Of a stretch of 54,658 nucleotides of DNA, positions 18,245 through 25,938 are shown piece after piece (position 1 is the stretch's first letter; each line of letters starts with the position of its first letter). Under the pieces are notes generated by a model that saw only the letters and a program-made list of their open reading frames with translations, was not told the origin of the DNA and made no database searches. A program made the position numbers and the translations under genes. This stretch comes from Clostridia bacterium (GTDB taxonomy: Bacteria > Bacillota > Clostridia > Oscillospirales > Acutalibacteraceae), in contig JAGAPJ010000012.1 in the NCBI GenBank assembly GCA_017623315.1, positions 1 to 54,658 of the forward strand, in the 5' to 3' direction.

Positions 18245-18290
18245 TTGACAAACCTATAAATGTATAGTAATATAATTGTATACATTTATA
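18245..18290 (+). promoter_or_regulatory. Promoter of the TAXI-TRAP operon, overlapped by a 12-bp inverted repeat
   Basis: TTGACA (18245-18250), 17-nt spacer, TAATAT (18268-18273). Inverted repeat tataaatgtata (18255-18266) / tatacatttata (18279-18290). Confidence 0.7.
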
Positions 18291-18305
18291 CAGGAGGCAA
18301 AAATT

Positions 18306-19289
18306 ATGAAAAAGTTTTTAATCGCTTTACTTTCAATTATCATGGTTTTAACTATGGTTGCTTGTGGCGGTGCTACTGATAACGGCGGCAACAAGGGTGC
18401 AACCAAAATGACAATGGGTACAGGTGGTACTCAGGGTACATATTTCGCTTATGGTAATGTTCTTTCACAGTATATAAAGGACAAAACCGGCATTTCTGTT
18501 ACTGCTGTTTCTTCTGACGGTTCAAAAGCAAATATTCAAAGCATTGACGTTGGTGACTATCAGTTAGGTACTGTTCAGTCTGACGTTATGGCTTATGCTT
18601 GGGACGGCGTTCGTTCATTTAAGGACGAAGGCAAAATTACAACCTTCCGCACAATAGCAGGTCTTTATGCAGAAGCTGTTCAGCTCGTTACTACCGACCC
18701 TAACATCAAGTCAGTTAAAGACTTAAAAGGCAAGAAGGTTTCAATCGGCGCTCCCGCTTCGGGCGTTTACTTTAATGCTATCGACGTGTTAGAAGCTGCA
18801 GGTCTTACCGAAAAGGACATTCAGGCACAGTATCAAGACTTCGGTCAAAGTGCTGACGCTCTTAAGGACGGTAAAATTGACGCTGCATTTATCGTTGCTG
18901 GTGCTCCTACACCCGCTATTGACGAGCTTTGCATGACTAATAAAAATGCTCGCCTTGTTCCTATCGATGGTGAAATTGCAGAAACACTTATGAAGAATAA
19001 CAGTTTCTATTCAGTTTACGAAGTTCCTGCAAATTCTTACAAGAATCAGGATAAAGCAGTTCTTACCGTTACCGTTAAGGCAACACTTATCGTAAGCGCT
19101 GATGCATCAGAAGATGACGTTTATAACTTAACAAAGGCTATTTTTGACAATATTGAAGACATTAAGGTAAAGCATGCTAAGGGTGCTGAGCTTTCACTTG
19201 AAAATGCTACCGAAGGTCTTACCGTTCCTTTCCACGCAGGTGCTGCAAAATACTTTAAGGAAAAGGAAATTGAAGTAGCAACCAAATAA
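18306..19289 (+). CDS. TAXI-family TRAP transporter solute-binding protein (lipoprotein)
   Basis: ATG at 18306 follows aggagg. Lipobox MVACGG and TAXI motif GTGGTQGTYF. Confidence 0.88.
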   Translation: MKKFLIALLSIIMVLTMVACGGATDNGGNKGATKMTMGTGGTQGTYFAYGNVLSQYIKDKTGISVTAVSSDGSKANIQSIDVGDYQLGTVQSDVMAYAWDGVRSFKDEGKITTFRTIAGLYAEAVQLVTTDPNIKSVKDLKGKKVSIGAPASGVYFNAIDVLEAAGLTEKDIQAQYQDFGQSADALKDGKIDAAFIVAGAPTPAIDELCMTNKNARLVPIDGEIAETLMKNNSFYSVYEVPANSYKNQDKAVLTVTVKATLIVSADASEDDVYNLTKAIFDNIEDIKVKHAKGAELSLENATEGLTVPFHAGAAKYFKEKEIEVATK

Positions 19290-19314
19290 TTATTAGGCGG
19301 TTGATTTTAAATTG

Positions 19315-19346
19315 AAATAGCTGCGACTGTAAAGCCGCAGCTATTT
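19315..19346 (+). terminator. Intra-operon hairpin between the binding-protein and permease genes
   Basis: 11-bp stem aaatagctgcg/cgcagctattt followed by t. Confidence 0.6.
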
Positions 19347-19375
19347 TAGTGTGTTTATAGAAAGGTAGGATAAAT

Positions 19376-21328
19376 TTGACTTTGTTTAAGAAAAAGGCAG
19401 TTGCGATAGATGCGCCAATGGACGTTGATGCCGTAATGAAAAAATATGACAGAGAATCTAACGTTCGTGTTTGGGAAGGTAAACCCAAGATTTTTGTCAA
19501 CTGTATTCTTGCGGCTTTTTCTTTGTTCTGCATTTACGTAACGTTTTTTGCGACCTGGCTTGACCATATTCGTTTGGCAAGCTTTGTTGGTTGCATAGTT
19601 TTTATTGGTTTTTTGGTGTTCCCCGCACGAAAGGGCACTCAAAAGGTAAATTATATCCCTTGGTATGATTTTATTTTAATGGCTTTGGGTTCGGGCTCAT
19701 TTTTTTATATCGTTATTTATGCCCAAAAAATCATTAACCAAGGTATTAAATTTGACAATTATCAAATCATAATTGCTGCAATTGGTGTATTGTGCCTTTT
19801 AGAGCTTTGCCGCCGCTGTGTTGGTATTCCGATTATTGTGGTTGCGGTTGCATTTATGATTTATGCACTTTTCTGGGGTCTTCAACAGCCCGACTTTATG
19901 CGCCGTGTGGTTAAGCTTTTTAGCGGTATTTTCTATACAACCTCTACAGGTGTTTTATCTACACCTATTGCTACCTGTTCAAAATATATTGCAATTTTTA
20001 TTATTTTCGGTGCTTTTCTTGAAAGAACAGGCATTGCCGACTTCTTTATTAAAATTGCAAATTCGGTTGTTGGCGGATTTTCGGGCGGTCCCGCAAAGGT
20101 TGCCGTTGTGGCATCTGCGCTTGAAGGTATGGTTTCAGGCTCGTCAGTTGCTAATACCGTTGGTTCGGGTGCTGTAACTATTCCGCTTATGAAAAAGGCA
20201 GGCTATAAACCCGAATTTGCCGCAGCGGCTGAAGCTTCGGCATCCACTGGCGGTCAAATAATGCCCCCTATTATGGGCGCGGCTGCATTCTTAATGGCTG
20301 AAAATATGGGCGTTTCTTATAGCAACATTGTTGTACGAGCAATTTTACCCGCTGTGCTTTACTTCCTTGGAGTATTCATTGTGGTACACCTTGAAGCAAA
20401 GAAGGAAGGTCTTCGCGGTCTTACAAAGGACGAATTACCCAAATTTTTACCACTTTTAAAACAATCATACTTATTATTACCAATTATTATTTTAATTTCG
20501 CTTGTAAGCAGTGGAGCACGCTCAATTGCTTTTGCTGCGGCTGTGGCAATTATTGCGGCTATCGTTGTTGGTATTTTCAATAAGGAAAATCGTATAACAC
20601 CAAAGCGTATTTTTGAAGCTTTGGCAGCAGGCGGTCAGGGTATGATTACCGTTGCGGTTGCTTGCGGTGTTGCAGGTATTATCGCTGGTATTATTTCTAT
20701 AACCGGTCTTGCTACACAGCTTATGACCGCTATTGTTGGTCTTGCGGGTAATAACGTAATTATTGCATTGTTTTTAACGATGCTTGCTTGTATAGTTCTT
20801 GGTATGGGTGTGCCTACCACTGCAAACTATTGCATTATGGCGGCAACCTGTGCACCAATTCTTATGGAAATGGGTGTTCCCGCAATTGCGGCACACTTCT
20901 TCGTGTTCTATTTCGGCATTGTAGCTGACTTAACGCCTCCTGTTGCGTTGGCAGCTTATGCAGGCGCGGCTATTGCACAGGCAAACCCAATGAAAACAGC
21001 ATTTACTGCAACAAAACTTGCTATTGGTGCATTTATTGTGCCTTACGTATTTGCGCTAAACCCTGCAATGTTGTTTGTAAATACCGTTTGGTATGAGGTT
21101 GTGCTTATTTGTATTACCGCAATTATTGGTATGTTTGGCGTATCTGCCGCGCTTGAAGGTTATTTGTTAACTAATATGAAATGGTACGAGCGTATTATTT
21201 CAGCGGTTGGCGGTTTACTTCTTATTTACCCCGGTATTATAACCGATAGTATAGGCTTAGGTTTTATTGCAATTGTAATGCTTATTCAAATAATTTCTAA
21301 AAAAGCACACAAACAAATTAATGCATAA
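19376..21328 (+). CDS. TRAP transporter fused permease (TAXI-type DctQM fusion)
   Basis: 650 aa and highly hydrophobic. The TTG start is the one given by the track; an ATG 14 codons downstream is an alternative. Confidence 0.88.
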   Translation: MTLFKKKAVAIDAPMDVDAVMKKYDRESNVRVWEGKPKIFVNCILAAFSLFCIYVTFFATWLDHIRLASFVGCIVFIGFLVFPARKGTQKVNYIPWYDFILMALGSGSFFYIVIYAQKIINQGIKFDNYQIIIAAIGVLCLLELCRRCVGIPIIVVAVAFMIYALFWGLQQPDFMRRVVKLFSGIFYTTSTGVLSTPIATCSKYIAIFIIFGAFLERTGIADFFIKIANSVVGGFSGGPAKVAVVASALEGMVSGSSVANTVGSGAVTIPLMKKAGYKPEFAAAAEASASTGGQIMPPIMGAAAFLMAENMGVSYSNIVVRAILPAVLYFLGVFIVVHLEAKKEGLRGLTKDELPKFLPLLKQSYLLLPIIILISLVSSGARSIAFAAAVAIIAAIVVGIFNKENRITPKRIFEALAAGGQGMITVAVACGVAGIIAGIISITGLATQLMTAIVGLAGNNVIIALFLTMLACIVLGMGVPTTANYCIMAATCAPILMEMGVPAIAAHFFVFYFGIVADLTPPVALAAYAGAAIAQANPMKTAFTATKLAIGAFIVPYVFALNPAMLFVNTVWYEVVLICITAIIGMFGVSAALEGYLLTNMKWYERIISAVGGLLLIYPGIITDSIGLGFIAIVMLIQIISKKAHKQINA

Positions 21329-21330
21329 TT

Positions 21331-21356
21331 AAAAGCATCTCTGCGGAGATGCTTTT
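21331..21356 (+). terminator. Rho-independent terminator
   Basis: Stem aaaagcatctc/gagatgctttt. Confidence 0.85.
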
Positions 21357-21372
21357 AATTTTCTAAAAAAAC

Positions 21373-21400
21373 TTGACAAACAAGAAAATTATGGTATAAT
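21373..21400 (+). promoter_or_regulatory. feo operon promoter
   Basis: TTGACA (21373-21378), 16-nt spacer, extended -10 TGgTATAAT (21392-21400). Confidence 0.75.
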
Positions 21401-21407
21401 ATTTTAC

Positions 21408-21425
21408 AGTTAGCAAAGGCTAACT
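21408..21425 (+). promoter_or_regulatory. Palindrome agttagc-aaag-gctaact just downstream of the feo -10
   Basis: 7-bp perfect arms. A near-identical copy lies at 21694-21709. Confidence 0.5.
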
Positions 21426-21451
21426 CAATTTTAAAGGATAGGTGAAAATTG

Positions 21452-21673
21452 ATGAAAACCCTTAAAGACGTGAAGGTTGGGCAAACCGCAAGGGTTGTAA
21501 GGCTTCACGGTGAAGGCGCGGTAAAACGGCGTATAATGGATATGGGCATTACTAAAGGGGTAGAGGTTTTTGTCCGCAAGGTTGCACCGCTCGGCGATCC
21601 TATGGAGCTTGCAGTTCGCGGGTATGAATTATCACTTCGCAAGGCCGATGCTGAAATAATTGAAATTGAATAA
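21452..21673 (+). CDS. feoA: Ferrous iron transport protein FeoA
   Basis: 73 aa, SH3-like FeoA sequence (ARVVRL...RRIMDMGITKG). Confidence 0.9.
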   Translation: MKTLKDVKVGQTARVVRLHGEGAVKRRIMDMGITKGVEVFVRKVAPLGDPMELAVRGYELSLRKADAEIIEIE

Positions 21674-21693
21674 TTTAAATTTTTTATCTAACG

Positions 21694-21709
21694 GTTAGCC
21701 AAAGCTAAC
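21694..21709 (+). promoter_or_regulatory. Second gttagc-caaa-gctaac palindrome between feoA and feoB
   Basis: 6-bp perfect arms with the same core as 21408-21425. Confidence 0.5.
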
Positions 21710-21730
21710 TTATTTGAAAGGAAAGTATAA

Positions 21731-23872
21731 ATGTCTATTAAAATTGCGCTTGTCGGCAACCCAAACAGTGGTAAAACTACACTTTTTAACCTGCTTACAG
21801 GGTCTAACCAATACGTTGGTAACTGGCCGGGTGTTACGGTTGAAAAAAAAGAAGGTAAGCTTAAAAAACAAAGCGACGTAATTATTACCGACCTTCCCGG
21901 TATATATTCGCTTTCTCCTTACACCTTGGAAGAGGTTGTAGCACGTAATTATTTGGTTTATGAACGTCCCGACGTTATTTTAAACGTTGTTGACGGCACA
22001 AACCTTGAACGTAATCTTTACCTTACGACCCAGCTTATCGAGCTTGGCATACCTGTGGTTATTGCTATTAATATGATGGACGTTGTACGTAAAAACGGCG
22101 AAAATATCGACACTGCAGTGCTTTCAAAAAGACTTGAATGTAACATTGTGGAAATTTCGGCATTGCGTGGTACGGGTATGGATGAGGTTACGGCTGCTGC
22201 AATAGAAGCGGCAAGAGTTAAAAACAAAATTCCACGTCATGTTTTTTGCGGTGACGTTGAACACGCCTTGGCACATATAGAAGAAGCTGCCGTACATAAT
22301 ATGCCTGATGAAAGGCAACGCTGGTATGCGGTTAAAATTTTTGAACGCGACCAGCACGTTTTAAAGGAATTAAGCCTTAATACCGCCGTTTTAAATCATA
22401 TCGAAGAGGATATTGCTTTTGTTGAAACGCTTATGGATGATGATAGCGAAAGTATTATAACTAACGAAAGATATGAATATATTGCCCGTGTTCTCAGTGG
22501 CTGTTACAAGAAAAAGCCCTTAAACCGTTTAAGTGCGTCGGATAAAATTGACCGCATTGTTACAAATCGCTTTTTAGCTTTACCGATTTTTGCAATTGTA
22601 ATGCTTCTTGTTTATTACATATCAATTGGCTCTATCGGTAACTGGACAGTCGGCTTTATGAACGACACCCTTTTCGGTGAATGGATAATTCCTTGGGTTA
22701 GCGATTTGTTAACTAAATGGAACGTGGCTTCTTGGCTTGTAAGCCTCATTGCTGACGGTATAGTGGGCGGTGCAGGTGCTGTGCTTGGCTTTGTTCCGCA
22801 AATGGCGATACTATTTTTAATGCTTTCACTTTTAGAGGACTGCGGTTATATGTCCCGCGTTGCCTTTATTATGGATAAGATTTTCAGAAAGTTTGGGCTT
22901 TCGGGCAAATCTTTTATACCAATGCTTGTGGCAACGGGCTGTGGTGTACCGGGTATAATGGCAAGCCGTACGATTGAACAGGACCGTGACCGTAAAATGA
23001 CCATTATGACCACAGGCTTTATACCCTGCGGTGCTAAAATGCCAATAGTTGGTATGATAGCGGGTGCATTGTTCGGCGGTAGTGCGTGGGTTGCGTTGCT
23101 TGCGTATTTTGCAGGTATAGGTGCGGTTGTGGTAACAGGCTTAATGCTTAAGAAAACAAAGCTTTTTGCGGGTAACCCTGCACCTTTTGTAATGGAGCTT
23201 CCCGCATACCACGCCCCCGTGCTAAAAAACACCTTCCGTTCCACTTGGGATCGCGCGTGGTCATTTGTTAAGCGTGCAGGCACGGTTATCGTTGCGGCTA
23301 ATATTATAATTTGGTTTTTAAACACCCTTTCGTTTGACGGCGGTATTCACTTCATTACCGAACAAAGCGGCGGCGCTTCGGTGCTTGAAAACATTGGCGG
23401 ACTTTTTGCTTGGTTATTCAGACCCTTGGGCTTTGGTAATTGGCAGGCAACCGTTGCGACTGTGCTTGGACTTATGGCTAAGGAACAGGTGGTAGGCACC
23501 TTCGGTACGCTATCCTCGATGGCAAGCGCTGATTTGGCTATTGAGGGTGACGCCGCAATGTACACTGTTATCGCTAATGAATTTTTTGGCGGTAACGGTT
23601 TGGCGGGTATATCTTTTATGCTGTTTAACCTTTTGTGTGCGCCTTGCTTTGCCGCAATGGGCGCTATTAAGCGTGAGATGAATAACTGGCGTTGGTCGGT
23701 TGGTACAATTGCTTATATGTGCGTTTTTGCTTATGCAATTTCGCTTATGGTTTATCAGTTCGGCTTATTGTTTATGGGCACACCAAATATTTTTGGCTTA
23801 ATTGCCGCAACTGCTGTGCTGGTGTTTATGCTTTATATGCTTTTTAGACCTGAAAAAAAGCTTAAAAAATAA
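21731..23872 (+). CDS. feoB: Ferrous iron transporter FeoB
   Basis: 713 aa with an N-terminal G-domain (GNPNSGKTTLFN, DLPG) and a polytopic membrane domain. Confidence 0.95.
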   Translation: MSIKIALVGNPNSGKTTLFNLLTGSNQYVGNWPGVTVEKKEGKLKKQSDVIITDLPGIYSLSPYTLEEVVARNYLVYERPDVILNVVDGTNLERNLYLTTQLIELGIPVVIAINMMDVVRKNGENIDTAVLSKRLECNIVEISALRGTGMDEVTAAAIEAARVKNKIPRHVFCGDVEHALAHIEEAAVHNMPDERQRWYAVKIFERDQHVLKELSLNTAVLNHIEEDIAFVETLMDDDSESIITNERYEYIARVLSGCYKKKPLNRLSASDKIDRIVTNRFLALPIFAIVMLLVYYISIGSIGNWTVGFMNDTLFGEWIIPWVSDLLTKWNVASWLVSLIADGIVGGAGAVLGFVPQMAILFLMLSLLEDCGYMSRVAFIMDKIFRKFGLSGKSFIPMLVATGCGVPGIMASRTIEQDRDRKMTIMTTGFIPCGAKMPIVGMIAGALFGGSAWVALLAYFAGIGAVVVTGLMLKKTKLFAGNPAPFVMELPAYHAPVLKNTFRSTWDRAWSFVKRAGTVIVAANIIIWFLNTLSFDGGIHFITEQSGGASVLENIGGLFAWLFRPLGFGNWQATVATVLGLMAKEQVVGTFGTLSSMASADLAIEGDAAMYTVIANEFFGGNGLAGISFMLFNLLCAPCFAAMGAIKREMNNWRWSVGTIAYMCVFAYAISLMVYQFGLLFMGTPNIFGLIAATAVLVFMLYMLFRPEKKLKK

Positions 23873-23890
23873 TGAAAGGGGGGCAACTTT

Positions 23891-24046
23891 ATGCCAACCA
23901 TAATTGTTGGAAGCATTGTTGCGATAATGTTTATTGCGATAATTGTTAACGAAATTAAAAAGAAAAAATCGGGCAAGGGCGGTTGCAACTGCGGTGGTAA
24001 TTGTGGTGCCTGCGGTATCAATTGCCCGTCTAAACAAAATAAATAA
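23891..24046 (+). CDS. FeoB-associated Cys-rich membrane peptide
   Basis: Translated by hand; it is below the track size cut-off. Sequence MPTIIVGSIVAIMFIAIIVNEIKKKKSGKGGCNCGGNCGACGINCPSKQNK (51 aa), following gaaagggggg. Confidence 0.8.
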   Translation: MPTIIVGSIVAIMFIAIIVNEIKKKKSGKGGCNCGGNCGACGINCPSKQNK

Positions 24047-24052
24047 AAAATT

Positions 24053-24085
24053 AGCACTCGCATTAATGCGAGTGCTTTCTTTTTT
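24053..24085 (+). terminator. feo operon terminator
   Basis: Perfect palindrome agcactcgcat-ta-atgcgagtgct (24053-24076) followed by ttcttttttg. Confidence 0.85.
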
Positions 24086-24434
24086 GCCGTCTTGCCTTAA
24101 ATTGTTCGTATGCAAATTTGAAAATTTCCGCTTTGCTTTCTTTATTGACGCATCTATACATTGTAATCAAATCATATTCACGTCTATTAAGTTGATAATA
24201 ATCATCAGGTATTTCAATAATTACAGGTGTTTCGGGTATGTCGTCATATAAAAATGTTTTAACGTCAACCTTAAAAAAATCCGCTAAAAGCACCAATTCA
24301 TCGCCGTTAAAATTTCCTTCACGTTCCATTTGTGAATAGGTGCTTGTTTTCATTCCAAGCAAATTGCCAATATTTTTTTGTGAATATTTGTTTTGTTTTC
24401 TTAATTTTTTAACACGCTGATTAATTTTATTCAT
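24063..24434 (-). CDS. XRE-family HTH protein with a C-terminal extension
   Basis: 123 aa. HTH LRKQNKYSQKNIGNLLGMKTSTYSQMEREG. Paralogue of 39036-39401. Confidence 0.8.
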   Translation of the reverse strand: MNKINQRVKKLRKQNKYSQKNIGNLLGMKTSTYSQMEREGNFNGDELVLLADFFKVDVKTFLYDDIPETPVIIEIPDDYYQLNRREYDLITMYRCVNKESKAEIFKFAYEQFKARRQKRKHSH

Positions 24435-24454
24435 AAAATCACCCCAAAACTATT

Positions 24455-24512
24455 ATAGGTCAATTTTACCCTAATTTCAATAGGTCATTTTGACATAATA
24501 TTAAATAGGTGA
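24455..24512. promoter_or_regulatory. Three ATAGGT(C/G)A repeats at 25-nt phasing in the divergent XRE/XRE intergenic region
   Basis: Copies at 24455-24462, 24480-24487 and 24505-24512. An extended -10-like TGaCATAAT lies at 24491-24499. Confidence 0.5.
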
Positions 24513-24516
24513 TATT

Positions 24517-24732
24517 ATGAATAGAGTAAAAGAATTAAGAAAAGAACGTGGTTACACACAAATCAAGATGCAACATCTTACAGGTATTGACCAAAGTGAT
24601 TATTCTAAAATTGAAAATGGTAAAAGATATTTAACCTTCGAACAATGCCGTAAGATTGCCGTTGCACTTAACACGAGTATGGATTATTTGGCAGGATTAA
24701 CAGATGAAAAGAAACCATATCCAAGAGTGTAG
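24517..24732 (+). CDS. Small XRE-family (Cro/CI-type) HTH protein
   Basis: 71 aa. LRKERGYTQIKMQHLTGIDQSDYSKIENGKR. Confidence 0.85.
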   Translation: MNRVKELRKERGYTQIKMQHLTGIDQSDYSKIENGKRYLTFEQCRKIAVALNTSMDYLAGLTDEKKPYPRV

Positions 24733-24778
24733 TAAAGGCAATAATTTGGTTTTAATATAAAAAGTAGATACGAATGGT

Positions 24779-24993
24779 AAATTGGGGTTTATCTAATTTG
24801 GAATGATATTGTAAACCAATGGCTCCCTCTGACGAGGGAGTTGTCACGGAGTGACTGAGGGAGAGAAATGTATTAAATATTGTTTTTTAGTCTCTCCCTC
24901 CGTCTTTTTGCTACGCAAAAATCCACATCCCTCATCAGATGGAGGCAAGGGTTTGTACAATCTATTTACAACGATAAACTATAATTTGAAAAC
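24779..24993. repeat. Nested-palindromic GC-rich intergenic element, copy A
   Basis: Ends aaattggggtttatc / gataaactataatttgaaaac. Hairpins at 24823-24840, 24857-24900 and 24905-24921. Arms 24821-24838 and 24929-24946 are inverted repeats (15/18). Confidence 0.85.
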
Positions 24994-24997
24994 AAAA

Positions 24998-25023
24998 AAC
25001 GAGGTCACGGTTGTGACCTCGTT
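24998..25023 (-). terminator. fba terminator
   Basis: Stem aacgaggtcac/gtgacctcgtt followed by a T-run on the minus strand. Confidence 0.9.
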
Positions 25024-25041
25024 AATTTTTCAAAATTTCAA

Positions 25042-25905
25042 TTAAGCCTTGTTAACTGAACCGAAAAGTTCCATCTTTTCTTTAACGGTTGCTTTAATTG
25101 CTTCAAAGCCAGGAGCTAAAAGCTTTCTGGGGTCGAAGCCCTTGCCGCTTAAGTCCTTACCAGCTTCCACGTATTCACGTGTTGCAGCAGCAAATGCTAA
25201 CTGACATTCGGTGTTAACGTTAATCTTAGAAACGCCAAGAGAAATAGCCTTTTGAATCATATCAGCGGGGATACCTGTACCACCGTGAAGAACTAAAGGC
25301 ATATCGCCTGTGAGCTGTTGGATAGCGTCGAGTGTATCAAAGCTTAAACCTGCCCAGTTTTCAGGATATTTACCGTGGATGTTACCAATACCCGCTGCAA
25401 GCATTGTAATGCCTAAATCAGCAATCATTTTGCATTCATTGGGGTCAGCACATTCGCCTGCGCCTACAACACCGTCTTCTTCACCGCCGATAGAGCCAAC
25501 TTCAGCTTCTAAAGAAAGGCCAAGCTCGTCACAGGTTGCAACCAATTCCTTAGTTTTTGCAATGTTTTCTTCGATGGGGTAGTGCGAACCGTCAAACATA
25601 ACAGATGAGAAACCAGCTTCAATGCACTTTTTAGCGCCCTCATAGCTACCGTGGTCAAGGTGAAGAGCAACAGGAACAGTAATACCAAGCTCATCAATCA
25701 TACCGTTAACCATACCAACAATGGTCTTGTAACCACACATATATTTACCAGCGCCTTCAGAAACGCCAAGGATAACGGGAGAGTTAAGCTCCTGAGCGGT
25801 TAAAAGAATGGCCTTTGTCCATTCAAGGTTGTTGATGTTGAATTGACCAACAGCATATTTGCCTGCTTTTGCTTTTTGAAGCATATCTTTTGCGGATACT
25901 AACAT
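25042..25905 (-). CDS. fba: Class II fructose-1,6-bisphosphate aldolase
   Basis: 287 aa with QFNINNLEW, HLDHG and VLHGGTG motifs. Confidence 0.95.
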   Translation of the reverse strand: MLVSAKDMLQKAKAGKYAVGQFNINNLEWTKAILLTAQELNSPVILGVSEGAGKYMCGYKTIVGMVNGMIDELGITVPVALHLDHGSYEGAKKCIEAGFSSVMFDGSHYPIEENIAKTKELVATCDELGLSLEAEVGSIGGEEDGVVGAGECADPNECKMIADLGITMLAAGIGNIHGKYPENWAGLSFDTLDAIQQLTGDMPLVLHGGTGIPADMIQKAISLGVSKINVNTECQLAFAAATREYVEAGKDLSGKGFDPRKLLAPGFEAIKATVKEKMELFGSVNKA

Positions 25906-25938
25906 TTTTTATTCCTCCGTTTAATTTTTTACCTTACT

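Noticed and set aside
24051-24076. TTAGCACTC-N10-GAGTGCT, a near match to the CIRCE (HrcA) operator TTAGCACTC-N9-GAGTGCTAA.
   Set aside because: The spacer is 10 nt, not 9. The whole sequence is one continuous 11-bp-arm palindrome followed by a T-run, directly after the feo operon. No hrcA, groES or dnaK is nearby. It is best explained as a rho-independent terminator.
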